In this document: positions 58,902 through 64,000 of the stretch, one piece after another
Numbering within the stretch: position 1 is the first letter of the stretch
Layout of the letters: each line of letters opens with the position of its first letter
Assembly (NCBI GenBank): GCA_019057795.1
Contig: JAHLWS010000031.1
Span: 9,857-73,856 of the forward strand
From: Promethearchaeota archaeon
Lineage (GTDB): Archaea; Asgardarchaeota; Lokiarchaeia; Sigyniarchaeales; SOKP01
Length of the DNA stretch: 64,000 bases
Direction of reading: 5' to 3'
Notes under the pieces: generated by a model
What the model saw: only the letters and a program-made list of their open reading frames with translations
Database searches by the model: none
What the model was told of the DNA's origin: nothing
Position numbers and translations under genes: made by a program

Positions 58902-59798
58902 TTATTTGATTAATTTTGGTTTTACCAAATTATTTTTTATAACGGCGTAGGACGCTGGATTTGGTGAGAACTTACCACTATAATTAGCAGAAGAAAATAT
59001 TGATAACAACCGCTCGTTGAAAAACCATCTATAACCTTCAAGGAATACTTCGTGGGCTCTAATTAAATATTTTAAATTATACTCTTTCATAAAATCATTA
59101 AAAACATCTTCTCCAAAAGATTTTATTCCAAGACCTCTAAAACTTTCTGAGAATCCTTTTAAGTCGGATTTAGGGTCATTCCACATAATTTGTACTAGGC
59201 TTTTTGCTATGGTTTTGAATACAGAAACAATATCTCTTGGTTTTAATCCTCTCAACCTCCTTAAAATCGCGATGTCTTCGGGAATCCCGCCATGCAGACA
59301 TAATATGCCTTTATTTATTAAAGCACAATAGGGAAGTACATTGTATACGGCTAAAACTTCGTCAAATTTTATTTGATCATTAAATCTGTATTTAAATTCT
59401 TGGAAGAATCCATAGGCTTTGTTCATTTCTAAAGTTTCGTGATTCCCTTTTAATAGATAGTATCTATTTGGATATCTAATTTTTAACGCAAGAACTAAAA
59501 TTAAACATTCTAACTGATTTGTACCCCGATCAACGATATCACCTAGAAAAATTACAAACTTAGGTTTTTTTTCATCTATTATTTCAATCAATCTCTGTAA
59601 AGTTTCTAAATTTCCATGAATATCTCCAATAACCCATACTTCGCTTTCGGAATCATCGATGTTAAACTCTAATAGCAATTTTTCTTCTTTAAAAATCTCT
59701 TCTGCTTTTCTTAAAATCTGTGAAATATAGTGGAAATCTAGTTTAGAGATCTTATATGGTTCCTTTATAATGTCATCTAAAAACGGTTTATCTATCAT
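58902..59798 (-). CDS. PPP family Ser/Thr protein phosphatase
   Basis: GDIHG, GDIVDRG, GNHE, HGG, MWNDP, RAHE, SIFSSANY. Confidence 0.95.
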   Translation of the reverse strand: MIDKPFLDDIIKEPYKISKLDFHYISQILRKAEEIFKEEKLLLEFNIDDSESEVWVIGDIHGNLETLQRLIEIIDEKKPKFVIFLGDIVDRGTNQLECLILVLALKIRYPNRYYLLKGNHETLEMNKAYGFFQEFKYRFNDQIKFDEVLAVYNVLPYCALINKGILCLHGGIPEDIAILRRLRGLKPRDIVSVFKTIAKSLVQIMWNDPKSDLKGFSESFRGLGIKSFGEDVFNDFMKEYNLKYLIRAHEVFLEGYRWFFNERLLSIFSSANYSGKFSPNPASYAVIKNNLVKPKLIK

Positions 59799-59957
59799 TT
59801 TTTAATCTTATTTGCAAGTAAAAAATTTAATTTATCTCTATTAATTGTACTTTAACTTTTAAATTAATATCTTGCATTCTTATAAATAAAGGATTTGATT
59901 ATTAGAATTAGTGTTAATAAAAAATCTCAAGGAAACGATTTTTTTTGTTAATATTCC

Positions 59958-61997
59958 ATGAAAATGCCGTCGTCTAAAAACAAGGTACCAATTTTGGAAA
60001 ATATAATTAACAAATTCGAAAATGAGATAGTTACCGAAAAGAAGAATAATCGAGATCGTGGAGTAGTTTATACTCCTCAACCAATTGCGGACTTTATGGT
60101 ATTAAACATTTTTAGAATCTTTTTTGACGATTTTTTAGAGCTAAGAAAAGTCTTTCAAACAAATTGTGATTACGCCAGTCTAAAACAATTACTCGCAAAA
60201 AATGTAAGTCTTAAAGATAGATTTGAAACAAAAATAATAAATATTAAAATTCTAGACCCCGCTTGTGGTACGGGAAGATTTTTGATCGCCATTGCCGAAG
60301 TTCTTTTTAATATCAATAAAATATTTGAGTTAGGGTGCCCCGATTACGATATTAAGAAAAAAATAATTAAAAACAATCTATACGGAATCGAAATTGATAA
60401 GTCGGCATACTTAATATCAAAACTAAGACTAATATTATGGCTTTATTCGGATGTGGAGTCTCCTTTTTTAGACGATTGGGCTCGTATCAATTCAAACTTA
60501 GACGAAATTGAAAACTATTTTGATAAATTCAACCTGAACTTTAATATATTTAATTTAGATTTCCTTCTTGGATTTGAATCAACAAATATTGATATTATAA
60601 TCGGAAACCCTCCTTACGTCGAAAATAAGAAGATATTAGATGTAGAATTCAAAAAAAAAATCAAAAAAAAATTTAACTCTGCTTATAGATTGTTTGATCT
60701 TAGTATTGTTTTTATTGAAAAATCGATAGAATTATTGAAAAAAGGAGTTGGATGCCTATCGTTTTTAACTACTAATAAATTTTTATCAGCCGATTATGGT
60801 CTGAAAATTAGGGAGATGTTATTACGAGATACAGAACTTAAGGAAATTATTAATGTATCTTCATTACCAATATTTCAAAAAACAGCAGCTTATCCAATAA
60901 TAATTTCTTTTAAAAAAAGAACTAAAACAGGCAATGTGATTCTAATAAAAAAGTTTGAGAGCATGAAAGATTTTAAGTATTTGCAAAACGAAAAAATAAC
61001 TGAATTACCCCAAGATTCAATAAAAAACCTCCCTTCGTCTGTAATACCAATATCCCCTGATATAAACTTAGTTAACTTCTTGTATACAAATTTCAAACCA
61101 ATGATACAAGTTATAAAGGGTTTAAAAATTATATATCGTCCTTTCGGGTTCATTAAATGGGCGGAACATTTCAAAAATATTAGTAAAAATAAGACTTCTA
61201 ATAAAGATTTAATATTGATAGGAACCGGAAATGTTGGTAAATATTATATTGATTTCAAAAAACGCATAAAAATTGCCAAAGTTAATCACGAAATATCATA
61301 TTTTAGCTTTCCATCAGAGCAAAAAGAAGTTTGGGATAATGTTAATAGTGAAAAAATAATTTTTAGGGAAATTGCTAAGGATATTACTTGTGTGTACGAT
61401 CCGGGTATTTATGTTAATTTAACAGGGCTTTACTTTTTAAGGGTACCTTCATTTAAAACAAACGACTATTTTTGTTTACTTTCGATAATGAATTCAGATA
61501 TTATTAATTCAGTATTTAAAGCATTATACGGAACTCTTCATATGTCTGGAGGGTATTTAAGGTATAACGGAAGCTTTATAAAAAAACTGCCCATGCCAGA
61601 GAGTTTTCCCACATCGCTTTCTTATCTAGGTAAAATAATTCAATTTTTATCGCAATTAAGATTTGAACTTCTCCAAGAACCAAACGATGAAATTCAATTA
61701 TTAGAAATCGAAAAATTCTTAGATTTTTATCAAAACCTAACAAATTCTTTAGTTGCTCAACTATATTTACAACTCAAGCCTTATGATGAATTAAATAAAT
61801 TATTAAATTCTCCTAATTCAATACCAGATATAAAAATTAAAAATTTTAAACGTCGTTTTGATCTGCCAAAATACCTTACTTATTTAAAGGGAGAAGTGAA
61901 GGAACATCTAAATCAAATTAATAATTCATTTAATTTTTTTTATGGTAATTCTAAATTGGTGGATCAAATAAACAAATGTTTGGAGTATAAATTCTAA
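59958..61997 (+). CDS. N6-adenine DNA methyltransferase (gamma class, TaqI/Eco57I-like) with C-terminal TRD
   Basis: GVVYTP, ILDPACGTGRFL (motif I), IIIGNPPY (motif IV). Confidence 0.9.
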   Translation: MKMPSSKNKVPILENIINKFENEIVTEKKNNRDRGVVYTPQPIADFMVLNIFRIFFDDFLELRKVFQTNCDYASLKQLLAKNVSLKDRFETKIINIKILDPACGTGRFLIAIAEVLFNINKIFELGCPDYDIKKKIIKNNLYGIEIDKSAYLISKLRLILWLYSDVESPFLDDWARINSNLDEIENYFDKFNLNFNIFNLDFLLGFESTNIDIIIGNPPYVENKKILDVEFKKKIKKKFNSAYRLFDLSIVFIEKSIELLKKGVGCLSFLTTNKFLSADYGLKIREMLLRDTELKEIINVSSLPIFQKTAAYPIIISFKKRTKTGNVILIKKFESMKDFKYLQNEKITELPQDSIKNLPSSVIPISPDINLVNFLYTNFKPMIQVIKGLKIIYRPFGFIKWAEHFKNISKNKTSNKDLILIGTGNVGKYYIDFKKRIKIAKVNHEISYFSFPSEQKEVWDNVNSEKIIFREIAKDITCVYDPGIYVNLTGLYFLRVPSFKTNDYFCLLSIMNSDIINSVFKALYGTLHMSGGYLRYNGSFIKKLPMPESFPTSLSYLGKIIQFLSQLRFELLQEPNDEIQLLEIEKFLDFYQNLTNSLVAQLYLQLKPYDELNKLLNSPNSIPDIKIKNFKRRFDLPKYLTYLKGEVKEHLNQINNSFNFFYGNSKLVDQINKCLEYKF

Positions 61998-62017
61998 ATT
62001 TTAATGGATATATAAAA

Positions 62018-62614
62018 TTATTTACGCTCCTCTTTAGATAATTCACTAAGTAAATTAATTGCTCTAGATGTATTAAAAATTCCACATATGCAAGGTTTTG
62101 CTAATTCTTCAGCAGCGTTTTCAATTGAAATTTTATCTTTTTTAATTAAGTCTAAGTAGTATTCTACTGATTGTGGTGAAACACAATGATGTCCGCACAT
62201 AGTAGTTATTTCTAAGATTTTGTCTGAAGGTAGAAGTTCTTTTTTTCCAAATGTGCCGAGAGAGAGGTGAACAGTATGCATTTCCAGACCTACATCTTTA
62301 AGAACATCCTCAATTTCATTCAACAAACCACTTACTACTATAGAAATACCTAAATCTTCTTTTTTTAAAGTCTGGATTACTCTACTTACATCTTTAATTT
62401 CGGTGAAAGCTGCTTGAATTACGGACGAGATTTTCCAAGCTTTTTCTGTTAAAATATTTGTAGGGTTATGGTTTTTAAATATTTGGGCAATTCTTAGTAA
62501 TTTCTGGTGAGCGTCAGGATGTTTATCATTTATACCTGCTGCAACCATTGCTAAGATTACGTAATCACCCTTTAAGTTGTCAAAATCTCCTCTTCTATGT
62601 AAAGAATGCGTCAT
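62018..62614 (-). CDS. Conserved hypothetical Cys/His metal-binding protein, partner of the adjacent 4Fe-4S protein
   Basis: THSLHRRG, TMCGHHCV, CICGIFN. Confidence 0.75.
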   Translation of the reverse strand: MTHSLHRRGDFDNLKGDYVILAMVAAGINDKHPDAHQKLLRIAQIFKNHNPTNILTEKAWKISSVIQAAFTEIKDVSRVIQTLKKEDLGISIVVSGLLNEIEDVLKDVGLEMHTVHLSLGTFGKKELLPSDKILEITTMCGHHCVSPQSVEYYLDLIKKDKISIENAAEELAKPCICGIFNTSRAINLLSELSKEERK

Positions 62615-62634
62615 TTATAGTTACCTCTTACATG

Positions 62635-63342
62635 TTATACCTTTCCTAACCCAATATTTACTTTCGCATTTGGGTTTATTTGGTACCCTTTTTTGGCAAG
62701 AATGTCGATTATTGGAATTTCTTTTCCGCTTAAAACGCGTGATATGACTCCAACAGTGAATACTGTATCAATTTTTTTTTCTACTTCGCTGATTATTTTT
62801 ATAACACTGTCAATTTTCTCATATGGGATTTTAAATTCTATGATCGCGGATAGAACTCTTTCATTTTTAATATCCTCTTTAATTTTAGTTCGATCCTCGC
62901 TTAAAAGTGCTGTAATAGGGCTTGCTTCCTCATACTCGACTCCAATCTTAGTTAACGGTTTTACGAAGAGATCTACATTTTTAAGGCAAGTTCCAACACC
63001 TGGGCGCCCAAGTTCAATAGATATACCGATTTCACCTAAACCGAAACGATTAGTTATATCATTTGTTTTCATTTCTTCAGTACCTCTTCCTGGAACGCCT
63101 GTTAATTTATGTGTAGACACGACATCGCTAAAAGGGTTTCTCACTAAACGTGGCCACTTTAATCTTTTAGGTCTAATTGCCTTTACAGGACATTTCGCAT
63201 TCCTATAACATACGTTACACTCCACACATAAGCTATCGTTTATTATTGCCTTATTTTCAATCATCTTAATAGCATTAATTGGGCATATTAGGACGCAGTT
63301 TCCGCAGCCAATACAGAGCCCTTCTTTTATTATCATAATCAA
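62635..63342 (-). CDS. 4Fe-4S binding protein with uncharacterised C-terminal domain
   Basis: CIGCGNCVLICP, CVECNVC...CP, GRGTEEMKTND, ELGRPGVG. Confidence 0.85.
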   Translation of the reverse strand: MIMIIKEGLCIGCGNCVLICPINAIKMIENKAIINDSLCVECNVCYRNAKCPVKAIRPKRLKWPRLVRNPFSDVVSTHKLTGVPGRGTEEMKTNDITNRFGLGEIGISIELGRPGVGTCLKNVDLFVKPLTKIGVEYEEASPITALLSEDRTKIKEDIKNERVLSAIIEFKIPYEKIDSVIKIISEVEKKIDTVFTVGVISRVLSGKEIPIIDILAKKGYQINPNAKVNIGLGKV

Positions 63343-63543
63343 TTCAAATTTTTTAAAAATATTAAGGAAACTAATTTATCTAAAAATTATAAGCTTTCAC
63401 ATTTCTGCTAATTTCGAACTTAAATATTTATTATCCTAGAATCTAATTTTTCTTATTAAAAAAAAAATGTTAAAATAGATGCTAATATAATATAATATTT
63501 AATTACAATTTATAAAAAAAAACATATATTTTTAACCTAATCT

Positions 63544-63999
63544 TCACCCGACAAAATTGTTCTTTTTATTTATACTCTTATTTTTTGGGGACTTCTTACC
63601 TTTCGCTAAAACGCTTTTCAAGCCCAAAGTCTCGTGAATTGCATTTTTCCATAATTTTGTTTCCTCCTTAGTACGGCGTACCAATGCGTTTAATTCCTTT
63701 ATAATTTGCGCTCTATCGTAATCAGTACCCATGCCTTTGATAATTTCTTTAATTTCTAGTTTTCCCGCATAAAGTTGTTTCAACACGTGTTCTCCGCGAA
63801 TCCGTATCTGTGATCCTACTTGTTCTTTCCCAACACGACTAGTAAATATAGATTTCTCTTGACTAAACTTCGTTTCCATTGGAGAATTGGTTTTTGCAAG
63901 GATCGGGAAATCGTAATATGCACACAATCCCCTCCGATAAGAATAATAAAGACGAACCCTTTCTTGCTTGATAGTATTTGCCGGCGTATCTTTTTGTGG
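63544..63999 (-). mobile_element. Probable DDE transposase C-terminus (5' part outside window)
   Basis: Frame open to the window edge; GLCAYYDFPILAKTNSPMETKFSQEK resembles the lf.cyd.p.lprTNN.xE..f...K region carrying the catalytic Glu of DDE transposases. Confidence 0.5.
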
Positions 64000-64000
64000 A

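Noticed and set aside
6264-63208. Many short antisense or overlapping ORFs in the track (e.g. 6264-6497, 10544-10804, 19288-19596, 33345-33710, 43681-44169, 47053-47475, 62693-63208)
   Set aside because: Shadows of well-supported genes on the opposite strand or frame; F/S/I/L-rich, without motifs
1-64000. CRISPR array or rRNA genes
   Set aside because: No regularly spaced repeats and no long GC-rich structured RNA segment seen
1-64000. Genome-wide TAG reassignment to pyrrolysine
   Set aside because: ef1b, porG, msrA and the DUF1610 gene end at TAG at their expected C-termini

Overview
AT-rich archaeal chromosomal segment, most consistent with Lokiarchaeia (Asgard archaea). The assignment rests on a Lokiactin, a Rab-like GTPase, an SDS22-type LRR protein, a gelsolin-like domain, Hef, Rpo6, aEF-1beta, Rio2 and an Sm protein. 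Metabolic content is an 11-gene heterodisulfide reductase/Flx-like/FrhB cluster, a 2-oxoacid:ferredoxin oxidoreductase operon interrupted by a PAS kinase, fatty-acid activation genes, catalase and MsrA. mutS and mutL are also present. The best candidate for an undescribed system is a single gelsolin-like domain fused to four transmembrane helices (52283-53074), a possible membrane anchor or regulator for Asgard actin. Other notable items are: a tandem triplet of 8-Cys microproteins with palindromic sites heading the Hdr cluster; a tRNA-Val(CAC) with a BHB intron at non-canonical position 44/45; a frameshifted Zn-ribbon/PD-(D/E)xK nuclease at that tRNA's 3' end; a hydrolase with an in-frame TAG before its catalytic His; and a small accessory island at about 55.1-58.4 kb. 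All calls come from reading motifs by eye; no database searches were run.
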